Shown one piece after another: positions 9,767 to 20,228 of a stretch of DNA of 64,000 bases. The notes under the pieces were generated by a model. It was given only the letters and a program-made list of their open reading frames with translations. It did no database searches and was not told the DNA's origin. Source of the DNA: Vulcanimicrobiota bacterium (GTDB taxonomy: Bacteria > Vulcanimicrobiota > Vulcanimicrobiia > Eremiobacterales > Eremiobacteraceae); assembly GCA_963812135.1 (NCBI GenBank), contig CAWETU010000001.1, positions 2,306,121 through 2,370,120 of the forward strand, written 5' to 3'. Both the position numbers and the translations under genes were made by a program. Each line of letters starts with the position of its first letter. Position 1 is the first letter of the stretch.

Positions 9767-10079
9767 TGCCGTCACGCGTGGCAGCGGCAATGTCTTCGCA
9801 GATATCGGGTTGGATCATCCGGAAGAGACTCTCGCGAAGGCGCGAATCGTTGAGGCCATTGCGCGGCTGATCGCGCGTCAGAAAACGAGCCAGCAAGAGG
9901 CCGCGAGACAGGTTCGCCTGACGCAGCCTCAGGTTTCCCGCTTAATGCGGGGAGATACACGGGAGTTCTCCTACGAGCGTCTCCTGAGGGTGCTTACCGC
10001 GTTGGGTCAGGATGTCGAGATCACCATTCGCCGGACGCGCGACCCGAAAAGGCGGGGCCGTGTATTGATTCACTCATAG
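9747..10079 (+). CDS. XRE-family HTH antitoxin (HigA2-like)
   Basis: GSGNVFADIG...SQQEAA....TQPQVSRLMRG...FSYERL; overlaps toxin. Confidence 0.85.
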   Translation: MLKGTRNAVTRGSGNVFADIGLDHPEETLAKARIVEAIARLIARQKTSQQEAARQVRLTQPQVSRLMRGDTREFSYERLLRVLTALGQDVEITIRRTRDPKRRGRVLIHS

Positions 10080-10126
10080 ACGGCGCTCCGCCGTGTCGTG
10101 ATATACTCACGCGTGAGAGGTCTACA

Positions 10127-10711
10127 ATGTCAACCGTTCGCGAAATCACCGTGCCAGACACAACGCCAGCAACCGAATGGGTCAATGGGCGCGCGCTTCA
10201 GAAGATGAGCCCGGGGTACCCACACGGACTCGCTCAAGGACGGCTTTGTGCCACCCTGCTCGCGTGGGCCGACGAGACCGGAGCGGGATGGGTCGCCTCC
10301 GAGTGGGAGTTCAGAGTCACGCCGCCCGGAGATGTGACTCGTCCGCTCGTGCCCGACGTCGCATTCTTGTCGTACGGCAGACTAGGATACGATCAGGACG
10401 AGGCCGCCGAGATCCCGCGCATGGCGCCCGATGTCGCCGTCGAGATCATCTCACCCGGCGACCGTTGGGCGGATCTCGACGAAAAAGCGCGCGTCTATCT
10501 CGCGGCTGGTGCCAAGCTCGTTCTAATCGCCGATCCTCAGGACCAGACCCTCATCGCGCGAGATCCGAGCCGCGAACGGGCATATACCGCAGACGATATC
10601 TTCGAGCACGCGTCGATGCCAGGCTTCGTCTTGCGCGTCGGTTCGATCTTCGAAAGAGTCAGGCCGAAGACTAAATCGGATGCGAGGGGACCGGAAACGG
10701 ACGCGGGCTGA
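10127..10711 (+). CDS. Uma2-family endonuclease
   Basis: VPDVAF...APDVAVEIISP...K..YL.AG..LV...DP. Confidence 0.85.
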   Translation: MSTVREITVPDTTPATEWVNGRALQKMSPGYPHGLAQGRLCATLLAWADETGAGWVASEWEFRVTPPGDVTRPLVPDVAFLSYGRLGYDQDEAAEIPRMAPDVAVEIISPGDRWADLDEKARVYLAAGAKLVLIADPQDQTLIARDPSRERAYTADDIFEHASMPGFVLRVGSIFERVRPKTKSDARGPETDAG

Positions 10712-12128
10712 ACGAGGGGCGCGGCATCGGTGTCGGCCGCGAGATGGTCGACGCAAGCGTCGATTGCATGACGACGACTTCGTACGGATTCCACGTCGAC
10801 ACTACCCAATAGATCGTAGCGGTGCGCGTTGGGCCGGCGACGTCTTCCGTATATCGATTCATCACGAACGGCGCATAGAATCCGCCCTCGACGTACGTGC
10901 CGTCCTTTTTCTTAGGCCAGGAGTTGGTTTGGCCGCCGCAGCCGCTCGCCTGCATGATCAGCGTGCAGTGCACGCCGGGTGTGGCCGCGCTGAGCAAGGT
11001 CGTCGGCGCGGACCACGGTCCCCACGGCGCGTCTGCGACACGAGCGAGAATCCCGCTGCCGCTACAATTATAGAGCATGAGCCACGAATGCAGCGGACGG
11101 TTCCAGGTGACCGAAAATTCTCCGATGCAACGATCCGCGTCTGAGGTCGGCGCGAGTATCTCTGCACTTGTAGGCGGCGCCCATGGGCCTTTGTGCGCTG
11201 CCCACTGCGTGGTCGAGACCCAGGTCGGCTTGCCCTTAGACGAAAGCCCGGTGAAGAACTTCCATGTCGACGGATCGGCGAACGAGTTAACCGGAGCGTA
11301 GGCGAGATACGGCGTGCTCGCCCGGTATCGGGGTACGCCGAAGATCAAGACGCCAAGTTTTTGATCGGATGGAAGGCCGCGGATCGCGGCGGCATCGACG
11401 CCGATGGTATAGACGAAGCCGATGGGCATCGAAACTATGTGCTTGCCCGACTTTGGTATGGTGAACGTCAGGCCGTCATCCGATGACTGGGCCAGCACGC
11501 TGTAACCGATGCTGCTGCGCGCGTCCGTTTCGGGGCATCCCGCGCTTGACGCGGGGCGCGCGAGCGGATCGCTCGCGGAGGGAAGCAGATTCGCGGGTTG
11601 GTCGCAGTGGCCGGTCCAAAAGAACGCATAGAGATCGCCGCCGGCGTTCACGCCGCCGGACGGCACGTTGAAGAATCCTTGATTGATGGTCTGCGGGCCG
11701 GTCACCGTCACTCGCGCGAACGTCTTCGGCTTGCTGGTGCGGACCTTCATGCCGACGCACTCGCTCGCGTCGGGTGTTTGCGTGCGAGTGGTGATGCCGA
11801 TGGCGTCGTCCGGCGGTATCTCACCTGCCGCGCCGCCGGGATGCATCGGCGGCCAGCTGTCGCCGAAGAAAAAGAGTAGCTTGCCTTTGTGCTCCACCGG
11901 GTAGCCGAGATCGCCGCCTTGCATGCCGGCGTTGGTGAGCGTTTGAGCAGCGGTGGGCTTGCCACTCGCCCAGTCCGTCTCACCGTCGAGTTGGCAGATC
12001 TTTGCGCTTTGGCCGACGAGCGAAACGGGCGCGGGAGCCACGGGTGTTAGGTAGCCACCGCTGTGACCGCTATTCAGCGCCGCGAAGACCGCGAACGCGA
12101 GCATCAAGAACGTAAGAACGATCCGCAT
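10671..12128 (-). CDS. Secreted DUF4185-like beta-propeller glycosidase
   Basis: Signal peptide; GGDLG...LLFFFGDS; GEFSVTWN...WLMLY; A.APWGPWS; YAPF; STWNPY.V. Confidence 0.7.
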   Translation of the reverse strand: MRIVLTFLMLAFAVFAALNSGHSGGYLTPVAPAPVSLVGQSAKICQLDGETDWASGKPTAAQTLTNAGMQGGDLGYPVEHKGKLLFFFGDSWPPMHPGGAAGEIPPDDAIGITTRTQTPDASECVGMKVRTSKPKTFARVTVTGPQTINQGFFNVPSGGVNAGGDLYAFFWTGHCDQPANLLPSASDPLARPASSAGCPETDARSSIGYSVLAQSSDDGLTFTIPKSGKHIVSMPIGFVYTIGVDAAAIRGLPSDQKLGVLIFGVPRYRASTPYLAYAPVNSFADPSTWKFFTGLSSKGKPTWVSTTQWAAHKGPWAPPTSAEILAPTSDADRCIGEFSVTWNRPLHSWLMLYNCSGSGILARVADAPWGPWSAPTTLLSAATPGVHCTLIMQASGCGGQTNSWPKKKDGTYVEGGFYAPFVMNRYTEDVAGPTRTATIYWVVSTWNPYEVVVMQSTLASTISRPTPMPRPSFSPRPFPVPSHPI

Positions 12129-12164
12129 CCGACCACTTTCAGTTTCGGCGGGTCATGACTCCTC

Positions 12165-12563
12165 TTATCGTATGAAGCGAATCGTTATGGGATACCGGAA
12201 GCGCTCGCCGCGATATGATCGCACGCAGGCGAACACGACGCACGTAAGATCGAAGACGGCCAATAAGAGCGCCAAGGGCAGCACAAAGAGAAACCACGGC
12301 TGATTTCCGTGCGACACAATCATTACGAAGATACCGGTGACCCAGCAGATGGCAAGCACAAACCCCAGGATGCTGATGGTGATCTGGAAGTTGAGCGATT
12401 CCTTGCCCTGATCGTCGATAAATGGATCTGCGTCTTTTTTGAGGAGCCAGACGGCCAGTGGGCCGATGATGTGGCCGATCGGGGCGCCGACGAGCGCGAG
12501 CGCCGCGAGGTGGCACACCATCGCCCAGGTGCGTGCATCGGCGCTCGGTTGCGTTTCGATCAT
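12165..12563 (-). CDS. DUF4870 membrane protein
   Basis: WAMVCHL...GPL.VWL.KKD..PFID.QGKESLNFQIT...RYP.TIRFI. Confidence 0.85.
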   Translation of the reverse strand: MIETQPSADARTWAMVCHLAALALVGAPIGHIIGPLAVWLLKKDADPFIDDQGKESLNFQITISILGFVLAICWVTGIFVMIVSHGNQPWFLFVLPLALLLAVFDLTCVVFACVRSYRGERFRYPITIRFIR

Positions 12564-12606
12564 GCGCGTTTGCGTTCGCGGTCGCGGGTGTAGTATGCTC
12601 TCAAGT

Positions 12607-13158
12607 ATGGCGCTCACCGAAAAAGATCTGCTTACCGTCCAGGCCGCCTATCCGGGCAACCGGGTCGAGCTGCGCGACGGCAAGATCATCATCATGAGCC
12701 CTTCGGGTCACGCGCCCGAAGTTATCGTGGCGCGCCTGACTGCGCGCCTCCAGAATTGGATCGAACCGTGCGGGCTCGGCTTCGTCGCGACGTCGAGCGC
12801 GGGCTTCCACTTACCCAATGGGGACGTGATCGCGCCCGACGTTTCGTACGTGTCAAAGAGAAAGATGCAAGTCTCTCCGCCCGGATTTGCGCACGTCGTT
12901 CCGGACCTCGTCGTCGAGGTGAAGTCCCCCTCCGATCGAATTGCCGAGCTCGAAGCAAAATTATCGCTTGTCCGCACGCTCGGTGCTGAGGTGACCTGGC
13001 TTATCGATCCCGAGAAGCGAACGGTTACAGTCGATGCTGACGGGCAGGCGCCATTCCTGGTCACCGACATAGACGTTCTCGAACTCCCCACGCTCTTGCC
13101 GGGCTGGTCAATGCGCGTCTCTGAGCTTTGGCCACCGCGGTTAGAGTATAGCAGCTAG
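12607..13158 (+). CDS. Uma2-family endonuclease
   Basis: ELRDG.IIIMSP...APDVSYV...VPDLVVEVKSPSD...LLPGW. Confidence 0.85.
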   Translation: MALTEKDLLTVQAAYPGNRVELRDGKIIIMSPSGHAPEVIVARLTARLQNWIEPCGLGFVATSSAGFHLPNGDVIAPDVSYVSKRKMQVSPPGFAHVVPDLVVEVKSPSDRIAELEAKLSLVRTLGAEVTWLIDPEKRTVTVDADGQAPFLVTDIDVLELPTLLPGWSMRVSELWPPRLEYSS

Positions 13159-13613
13159 GCCGGCGGCGCCTCCCATACGAGTTCGGCGACGGCGAACACC
13201 AGCTGCACCTGCGCTTGCTCCACCGGCTGGTCGGATTTCGGCACGCGCACTTCGCCCGAGATAACGCAGATCGCGTCGTTGAGATGCTTGTACTTCTCGT
13301 GGCTGGTCACGTGCCACGCCGCGCCCACCACCTGGCGCCGGCCCGGCGGATATGCACGTCCATATCCTTTATAGTCTGTCATTATGAGTGCGCCGTCGTC
13401 GGTCTCGATGAAGCCCTGCATGTTCATCGCGACGGTCCGGTCGGTACGCCGCCGCGGGTGATTGCCGGCGCGGAACCTCCCCGCGAGCGCGCCTTCGCAT
13501 CGCCCCTCTGCGAAGTAGTAATGATGCTCTTCGGTGCCGGCATCGCCAACGAGGTCGACTTGCCAGCCGTCAGGATAATGGAAGCGGACGGTGTAGAGCG
13601 GTCGCAGTTGCAT
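13155..13613 (-). CDS. DUF3237-like protein
   Basis: EGRCEG.LAGRF...IETDDGALI...Y.GY...KY..LN. Confidence 0.6.
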   Translation of the reverse strand: MQLRPLYTVRFHYPDGWQVDLVGDAGTEEHHYYFAEGRCEGALAGRFRAGNHPRRRTDRTVAMNMQGFIETDDGALIMTDYKGYGRAYPPGRRQVVGAAWHVTSHEKYKHLNDAICVISGEVRVPKSDQPVEQAQVQLVFAVAELVWEAPPA

Positions 13614-13703
13614 GGCCAGTACCCCCTAGTCAAGCTCTTTATAGCAATGGGGCCCGCCGACCGCTCGGTCGACAGACCCCATCGAGGTTCCTGACCTCCT
13701 TGG

Positions 13704-14705
13704 CTACTGGATCGCGAGGCCGATCGGCGTCACCAAGCCGGTGGCTGCGCCTGAAACCGTGAACATCGGCGCTTGATTGCCAGTGGCACCGGGCGCGTAG
13801 ACCGTGATGGTGTTCCCGCCTGCGTTCGCGACGTACATGTTCCCGGTCGTATCGAACGACACCGAGGTCGGATTCAAAAGACCCGTGGCCGCGCCGGAGA
13901 GCGTGCGCATCGGCGCGACGTTGCCGTTCGCTCCAGCTGCGAAGACGGCGATGGTGGAGTTGTTGTTGCTGCAGACGTAGATCAGGCCCGCTGCATCGGT
14001 GCGAACGCACTCCGGGTCCGCGAGGCCTGTGGCTGCGCCGACGATCGTCGCGGTCGGTGCGACGTTACCGCTGGCGCCTGAAGCGAACTTCAGCACGGCG
14101 TTGTTGCCGCTGTTGGTCACCAACAGATTGCCGCCTGCGTCGAATGTGAGCGAGGTCGGACCGTTGAGTGTGGTGGCCGCACCCGCGATCGAGTTGGTGG
14201 GCGCGATGTTGCCGTTCGCTCCTGCGGGGAAGATGAGGATCCCATCTGATCCGGTGGAGTTGAAACAGAGGCCGCAGTTCGTGGCGAACAGGTTGCCCGA
14301 GCCGTCGAGAGCCAGGCCGTCCACGCCCGTGAGACCAGTGGCCGCGCCGGTAATCGTGCGTATCGGAGCGACGTTGCCGGTCGCCGCCGGAGCGTACACT
14401 GTGATCGAATGCGCGACAGCGCCACCCGGTGCATTGGCGATGTAGATGTTCATGGTCGAGTCGAGGACGACGCGACGCGGGAAGCCGAGGCCGGTCGCTG
14501 CTCCGACGATGTTCTGCGTCGGGGCGACGTTGCCGTTGGCGGTGAGCGGATAGGCCGTCACCGCGTTTGAGTTTGCATCGGAAACGAAATAGAGCAGCGG
14601 CGGCGACGTGGGCGTGGTGCCCGGGCTGGTGGAGCTGGTGCTGCACGCCGCTGCGAAAACCGCAACCAGACATGCGCCGAGAGCCGCAAGGGGAAATCGT
14701 GGCAT
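13704..14705 (-). CDS. NHL/beta-propeller repeat lipoprotein
   Basis: Lipobox FAAAC; about six repeats A.GNVAP...I.GAATGL..P......D..GN.YV.N. Confidence 0.8.
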   Translation of the reverse strand: MPRFPLAALGACLVAVFAAACSTSSTSPGTTPTSPPLLYFVSDANSNAVTAYPLTANGNVAPTQNIVGAATGLGFPRRVVLDSTMNIYIANAPGGAVAHSITVYAPAATGNVAPIRTITGAATGLTGVDGLALDGSGNLFATNCGLCFNSTGSDGILIFPAGANGNIAPTNSIAGAATTLNGPTSLTFDAGGNLLVTNSGNNAVLKFASGASGNVAPTATIVGAATGLADPECVRTDAAGLIYVCSNNNSTIAVFAAGANGNVAPMRTLSGAATGLLNPTSVSFDTTGNMYVANAGGNTITVYAPGATGNQAPMFTVSGAATGLVTPIGLAIQ

Positions 14706-14977
14706 TAGTAACCTCCAAAGATGGGGGGAGTGCCGAATTGGCCGTGGTTTAGCAACTGCTGCTCTTCTGCTAGTGTGGAGATGGACCCGCACGGGAAACC
14801 GTGATTGTTCGCCGCAGCCGTGGAGGCTAGTGGTAAGTATTACGCCGATAAGCGACTACTGAGTGCAGACCACTTGCAGGATTTCATCGGCCGTACGGTC
14901 TGCTTCAACTGCCGCAACGCCCTCCGTTCACTGCCGAGCTGGGGAATCACGGTGATCCGGCTCGAATCCGAGCGGCA

Positions 14978-15424
14978 ATGTGGCAGCCGTTCGACGAGAA
15001 CGCCCGGCTCGTGGTCGTCGGCGCGCAACAGGAAGCGCAGCGATTGGGGCATGGCTTCATCGGCCCCGAACATCTGCTGCTCGCGATCCTGTCGAACAAG
15101 AACCCGACGTCCGAGCTGCTCGGCAAGCACGGAATCGACTACGACACGCTTCGCGGTCACGTCGAACGGCTGGCGGCGCCACGCAAATCGCCCGCGCCGC
15201 CCGAGATCGTGTTCACGCCCGAAGGCAAGCGCTGCTTCGAAAGGGCGTTCGAGGCTGCGCGCGCGCTCAAGTGCAGCCATATCAGCAGCGAGCACCTATT
15301 CATCGGCATCACGTTTCTCGGCGATGAGTCGGTGGCGATGCGCGCGCTGAGCCAGCTCGCTCCAGATGTCTCAACGCTGCGCGCCGAAGTCACGGCGCAG
15401 GTACAGGGGTCGCAGCCGCCCTGA
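14978..15424 (+). CDS. Stand-alone Clp protease N-terminal domain protein
   Basis: MWQPF.E.AR.VV..AQ.EA.RLGH..IG.EHLLL; second repeat FTP..K...E.A..A...I..EHL. Confidence 0.85.
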   Translation: MWQPFDENARLVVVGAQQEAQRLGHGFIGPEHLLLAILSNKNPTSELLGKHGIDYDTLRGHVERLAAPRKSPAPPEIVFTPEGKRCFERAFEAARALKCSHISSEHLFIGITFLGDESVAMRALSQLAPDVSTLRAEVTAQVQGSQPP

Positions 15425-15437
15425 GATCGCGCTCGAG

Positions 15438-16028
15438 CTATTTCGAACAGGTGAGATCGACGCGGAAGCTCGGATCGGCGATCGTGTAGTGGGGTGCGTC
15501 TTTCCAAGCCTTCGACTTGTCGATATCCCACAGCCATTTCACCGGTTTGGGAACGGTTGCGGGTTTCGGATTGAAATAGTAGTTGATGGTGTGCGTGAAG
15601 CCCGCGCTCGGCGGCAGATCTTTGAATAACTCGTTGTTCCACGCGACGATGTCGGCCGAGTCGGTCGAGTCGAGCGTGTTGCCGTCATCGAACACGAGAT
15701 GGCCGGCCGGCTTGAGCTCGACGCCCGTCTTCTCGAGTTGCGTCGTGACGTGCGAACCATTGCGCACGTCGATCGTGACCGCGTAGCCGGGCAGCAGTCC
15801 CATCGAATCCATCACCGGCGCGACGTTGGTCACGCGCAGGCGCCACAGGCCGTCGAACAACCATTGGTTCATGCAGCCTTCGCGGGCCGAGAGCTGATGC
15901 GAGCCGCCCTGCGCGGTCGGGTTGGGTGCGGGCGCCGTGTCGGCGGCTGCGGGCAACGTGGCGGCGAACACGCAAGCGGCGATGATCGCGGCGCATGCCG
16001 TCCAGTTGATAGTCGAGTGGGTGGACAT
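15438..16028 (-). CDS. Secreted protein (GCMNQW family), paralog of 25505..26081
   Basis: GGAGG RBS, signal peptide, GCMNQWLFDGLWRLRVT...FRVDLTCSK. Confidence 0.75.
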   Translation of the reverse strand: MSTHSTINWTACAAIIAACVFAATLPAAADTAPAPNPTAQGGSHQLSAREGCMNQWLFDGLWRLRVTNVAPVMDSMGLLPGYAVTIDVRNGSHVTTQLEKTGVELKPAGHLVFDDGNTLDSTDSADIVAWNNELFKDLPPSAGFTHTINYYFNPKPATVPKPVKWLWDIDKSKAWKDAPHYTIADPSFRVDLTCSK

Positions 16029-16068
16029 CGGTGTTGACCTCCGGTCGGTTGCTTAGTGGTCTTGGCTT

Positions 16069-16101
16069 AGCATAAACCGGCGGGCGTCCAGGAGGCATCC
16101 A
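16069..16101 (-). promoter_or_regulatory. SARP-type direct repeat plus -10 box
   Basis: Minus strand TGGATGCC-TCC-TGGACGCC-N8-TATGCT. Confidence 0.6.
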
Positions 16102-16154
16102 GGGTGCTTGCGGCCGGAGCGTGGAAGTGCCTCGACCCTTTAAGGCGCCGTTAT

Positions 16155-19100
16155 ATGACAGCACGATCGTCAGTCAGTTCCTTGGCTATCCGCTTGCTCG
16201 GGCAGGCCGGCTTCACGCTGGACGGCACGCCTTTCCGCTTTGCTGCGCCGCCCAAAACCCTGCCGCTGCTCGCCTATCTTCTGCTGCAACGCCGGACGCC
16301 GGTGGCTCGCGATACGATCGCGTTCTTGTTGTGGCCCGATGACCCTGAGGAAGAATCGCGCGCGAACTTGCGGCGCCATTTGTACCATTTGCAGCGCAAT
16401 CTTCCGCCGGCGCCTGCGGATCGGCCATGGGTTGTCATCGAGGGCGACACGCTGCAATGGAATCCCGCGGCCGAAGCGGATGTGGACGTCGAACGCTTCG
16501 AGCGTTTGCTCGAGATCGGAGACTTGGAGCAGGCGGTCGCGGCGTATGCCGGCGACTTGCTCGAAGAGTCGTATGACGATTGGATCGTGCCGCAGCGCGA
16601 GCGTTTGCGCGCGGCTTTTTTGGGCGCGCTCGAAGAGCTCGTGCGTGGTTGCCGCAGCCGGCGCGATTTCGGCGCGGCGGCGCGCTTTGCGGGTCGCCTG
16701 CTCGAAGCGGACCCGTGGCGCGAGGATGCGGTGCGCCAACTCATGGCGGTGCGCTACGAAGCCGGTGACCGAGCGGGCGCGCTGCAGATCTTCGATCGCT
16801 TCCGCAGCAGACTGCGCGAGGAGATGGACGTCGACCCGATGCCGGAGACGGCGGCGTTGCGCGAAGCGGTGCTCAAAGAGTTGCCGTTACCCGACGGTGG
16901 AGGCGCGCCGGCACGCGCAAGCGAGGCCCGCGCGTTCGCCGGTTTGCCCCTGGTCGGGCGCGATGTCGAACTTGATCAGCTCCATTCGCTGTGGAGCCGA
17001 GCCGCGCGCGGGCATGGCGGCGTGGTCTTTGTCGGCGGCGAGGCCGGCATCGGCAAAAGCCGGCTCGCGTCTGAGTTAGCTTTGGTTGTCGAGGCTGAGG
17101 GCGGCCGAGTCTTGTTCGGTGCGACGAGCTCGCCCGAGGGGTCGCCATACCAGGCGTTGGCCGAAGCGTTTCGCCAGGCTGTGCCCTTGCTCGGCGCGGC
17201 GCGTCTGGATCCGATCTGGCTCGCGGCAGTTGGTTCTATCGTGCCGGAGCTGCGCTTTCGCACGCCCGATCTGCCGGTGCTTGCCGGCACCGATCCCGCC
17301 CGCGAACGTTCGCGCTTGTTCGAAGGTCTCGCCGCATGCGCGCAGGCGCTTGCGTCCGTGCGTCCCCTGTTGATCGAGCTCGAGGATCTCCATTGGGCGG
17401 GCGAGGCGACGATCGCGGCGCTCGAGGCGCTCTCGCGACGCGCGGATCATGCGGCGATCTTGATCCTCGTGACGCATCGCGATGGCGAGCTCGATCACGC
17501 GCATCCGTTGCGGCGGCTACGGCGTGCGCTTGTCGATGAGAAACGCGCGACGATCGTCGCGCCGCGCCGGCTCGGACGCGATGCGGTCGCGGCGTTGCTT
17601 GCCTCGGTGCCCGAACTCGCGCCGCGGGCCGCCGAGTACGCGGCGGCGTTCGAGCGGAGCACTGACGGCGTGCCGCTGTTCGTGGCGCAAGCCGTGCGGC
17701 GCGCGCTCGACGCGGCGCGCGCGGGCGAGACGCTTTCAACCGACGCGTCGTTGCTGCCGGCGCAGGAAGGGCTGGAGCGATCCGTTCGGGAGACCGTCGC
17801 GCTGTTGTCGGCCGAGGCGCGCACGCTTGCCGAGATCGCCGCCGTCGCCGGGGACGGTTTTGACATCGATGTGGTGCGCGGCGTCGGCGGATGGAGCGAG
17901 GCCGAGCTGTTCGCGGCGCTTGACGAGTTGCTCGATCGAGGATTGGTGCGCGACGTCGCCGGTCGGGCGCGCTTCGCATATGCGTTCACGCACCATCTCG
18001 TGCGCGACGCGATCTATGCGGAGATCTCGCCGCCTTCGCGATTGCTTCGCCACCGTCGCATGGGCGACGCGCTCGAAACGCTGTACAGCGGCGCGGCGCA
18101 CGAGCACTCGGCAGATCTTGCGAGGCATTTCGATATCGGCGGCGAGGCCGTGCGCGCGGCGCGGCATTATCTCGCGGCCGCCGGTTACGCCCTTTCCGTG
18201 CATGCCGATGAAGAGGCGCTCGCGCTGAGCGCGCGCGGGCTCGAGCTTGCCGATGATACGCGCCTTGCGGCATCCTTGTGGCTGCTGCGGGAGCAGGCGT
18301 CGGGGCGGCGCGGTGCGCGTGACGATCAAGAGCGAGCGCTCGACGAGCTTGAGCGCGCGGCGCAAGCGCTCGACGATGAGGAATTGCGGCGCGAAGGGCT
18401 CGCGCGCCGAATCGCGCTGGCGCGAAAGTTGGGCGACCCCGATCGGGAGCATCAGCTGCTCGCTCGGCTGAACGAGCGCGTCGCCGCGGGCGCGGAGCTC
18501 GGTTGGAAAGCTCGTGCGGCGCTCGCCGAGGCGCTGTATGCCGCCGCGGTTGGCCGCGCGGACGCGCGCGAACGCGGAGTCGCCGCGCTGGAGTTGGCGG
18601 TGCGCGACGGCGAGGCCTCGGCGCAAGTCGAGTGCTTGTGTCTGATGGCGGGCTTGGAGACGCATGCGGGCGAGCTCGACGAAGCGCAACGAGTGCTCGA
18701 ACGTGCGCGCGGCGTGGCCGAGTCGAGCGGCGATCAGGCGCTCGTCGCCAAGGCGCTGTGGGCGGCGTCGGCGACGGCGATGATGCGTCAGCAGTTCGAG
18801 GAGTGCGCGCGCCTGTGCGAGGCATGCGTGAAGGTGTCGCGCGGCATCGGCGACCTTGAGGGCGAGGCGGATTCACTGGCGCGAGCGGGCAGTGCGCTGT
18901 CCAGGCTCAATCGATATGAAGAGGCGCAGCGCGCCACGGCTCGAGCCGCGCAGCTGTTCGAGATGCTCGGCAAACGCCAAGGCATCGCGATGGCGAACGT
19001 CAACATGGGTGTCGTGGCGACTCGCCTTGGCACGTTGGACGAAGCGGAGACGGCGTTCACGCGTGCGCAGACGATCTTCGAGCAGTTGCACGATGCGCGT

Positions 19101-19727
19101 GGCGAGATCGTGAGCGCGCTCAACCTCGGCTTCCTGCAGCTGTGCGCGGGAGATTGTGCAGCGTCCAAGACTCTTGGCTTGCGTGCGCTTGAACTCGCGC
19201 GCACCGCCAAGCATGCGGCGTTTGAAGCACAGGCGCTTGCCAATCTCGGGGCGGCAGAGCGCGATGCCGGCGAGCTTGACGCCGCGATCGAGCACATGGA
19301 GGCGGGCTTGGGGATCGCGCGCGAATTGAGCAGGCCATCCGATCTGTTGACGGATCTTGCCGATCTCGCGCTGGCCTACCTACGCAAAGGCGATCTCGCG
19401 AGCGCGCAGCGCGTCGTCGCGGAAATCGAGCCGATCGGTGAGGGCGTCGCCGAAGGAGCGCTGTGGCCGCAATACCACTATTGGGTGGCGGCGCGAGTGC
19501 ACCGCGTCGCGGGCGACGCCAAACGCGCAGCCGCGCTTTTGGAGCACGCGCGCAACGTCGTGCGCCGAACCGCTGCGACGATCACCGATGCGCGCGCGCG
19601 CGAACGCTTCTTGTCCTTACCGGTCAACCGCGCGATCGCGGACGCATCTGAGAAGGATCGCTGGCCCGAACAAGGCCCGGCTTCAAAGCGCGCGCGCACT
19701 AAGTCGACGCGGGGAGCTAGCTCTTAG
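16155..19727 (+). CDS. SARP/BTAD transcriptional regulator with STAND ATPase and TPR repeats (AfsR-like)
   Basis: OmpR-type wHTH (LLAYLLL...RD.IA.LLWP...ANLR..L), BTAD (DVERFE...DPWRE), Walker A GEAGIGKS, Walker B LEDLHWA, C-terminal TPRs. Confidence 0.9.
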   Translation: MTARSSVSSLAIRLLGQAGFTLDGTPFRFAAPPKTLPLLAYLLLQRRTPVARDTIAFLLWPDDPEEESRANLRRHLYHLQRNLPPAPADRPWVVIEGDTLQWNPAAEADVDVERFERLLEIGDLEQAVAAYAGDLLEESYDDWIVPQRERLRAAFLGALEELVRGCRSRRDFGAAARFAGRLLEADPWREDAVRQLMAVRYEAGDRAGALQIFDRFRSRLREEMDVDPMPETAALREAVLKELPLPDGGGAPARASEARAFAGLPLVGRDVELDQLHSLWSRAARGHGGVVFVGGEAGIGKSRLASELALVVEAEGGRVLFGATSSPEGSPYQALAEAFRQAVPLLGAARLDPIWLAAVGSIVPELRFRTPDLPVLAGTDPARERSRLFEGLAACAQALASVRPLLIELEDLHWAGEATIAALEALSRRADHAAILILVTHRDGELDHAHPLRRLRRALVDEKRATIVAPRRLGRDAVAALLASVPELAPRAAEYAAAFERSTDGVPLFVAQAVRRALDAARAGETLSTDASLLPAQEGLERSVRETVALLSAEARTLAEIAAVAGDGFDIDVVRGVGGWSEAELFAALDELLDRGLVRDVAGRARFAYAFTHHLVRDAIYAEISPPSRLLRHRRMGDALETLYSGAAHEHSADLARHFDIGGEAVRAARHYLAAAGYALSVHADEEALALSARGLELADDTRLAASLWLLREQASGRRGARDDQERALDELERAAQALDDEELRREGLARRIALARKLGDPDREHQLLARLNERVAAGAELGWKARAALAEALYAAAVGRADARERGVAALELAVRDGEASAQVECLCLMAGLETHAGELDEAQRVLERARGVAESSGDQALVAKALWAASATAMMRQQFEECARLCEACVKVSRGIGDLEGEADSLARAGSALSRLNRYEEAQRATARAAQLFEMLGKRQGIAMANVNMGVVATRLGTLDEAETAFTRAQTIFEQLHDARGEIVSALNLGFLQLCAGDCAASKTLGLRALELARTAKHAAFEAQALANLGAAERDAGELDAAIEHMEAGLGIARELSRPSDLLTDLADLALAYLRKGDLASAQRVVAEIEPIGEGVAEGALWPQYHYWVAARVHRVAGDAKRAAALLEHARNVVRRTAATITDARARERFLSLPVNRAIADASEKDRWPEQGPASKRARTKSTRGASS

Positions 19728-20106
19728 AGCGACCGATCTCTCCGAGGTGCGTGTCGGTGAACGCAGTCGGGTATTTCAGGCCATAGCCGAGCAGTCTATC
19801 GAAGCCGATGTGCGCGATCCAGATCAGCGCGGTCGCGATGCAGATCGGAACGTTGGCGAACAATCCGATGAGGGCGAGCAGCAAGGGGCCGACGTATGTG
19901 TGCACGGCGTTGTAGCAAAATGCGCCGATCCTGGGGTTGATAAGATATCCCAGCATTGAGACGTCGGGCACCAGGAAAAGAACGGCGAAAAGGATCCACG
20001 AGAAGCCCCCGCGCCAATAGAGCACGACGGCCAACGCTAACACGGCTAGCCCCTCCGCGCGAAGGAGATACTTCGGGCCACCGCTGACGGCTGCAACTGT
20101 TTGCAT
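19717..20106 (-). CDS. DUF4260 membrane protein
   Basis: LLRAEG...PD.SMLGYL...GA..YN.VH.Y...AHIGFDR.LGYGLKY...F.DTHLG. Confidence 0.85.
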   Translation of the reverse strand: MQTVAAVSGGPKYLLRAEGLAVLALAVVLYWRGGFSWILFAVLFLVPDVSMLGYLINPRIGAFCYNAVHTYVGPLLLALIGLFANVPICIATALIWIAHIGFDRLLGYGLKYPTAFTDTHLGEIGRSKS

Positions 20107-20159
20107 GTGCCGGAATTTCCTCAATCGGCTGCGGGAGCCTTGGACAGGCCGGCGCTGCT

Positions 20160-20191
20160 TGGACGCCTGCTGGATGCCTGCGGGCTAGGAT
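20160..20191 (+). promoter_or_regulatory. SARP-type direct repeat plus -10 box
   Basis: TGGACGCC-TGC-TGGATGCC-N7-TAGGAT. Confidence 0.6.
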
Positions 20192-20228
20192 GATACTGAC
20201 TCAGCATAGCCGGGCGTCGGAGGCGACA

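Noticed and set aside
13704..14705. Nucleotide repeats as DGR template/variable repeats
   Set aside because: They are propeller blade coding repeats; no reverse transcriptase and no adenine-specific variation seen
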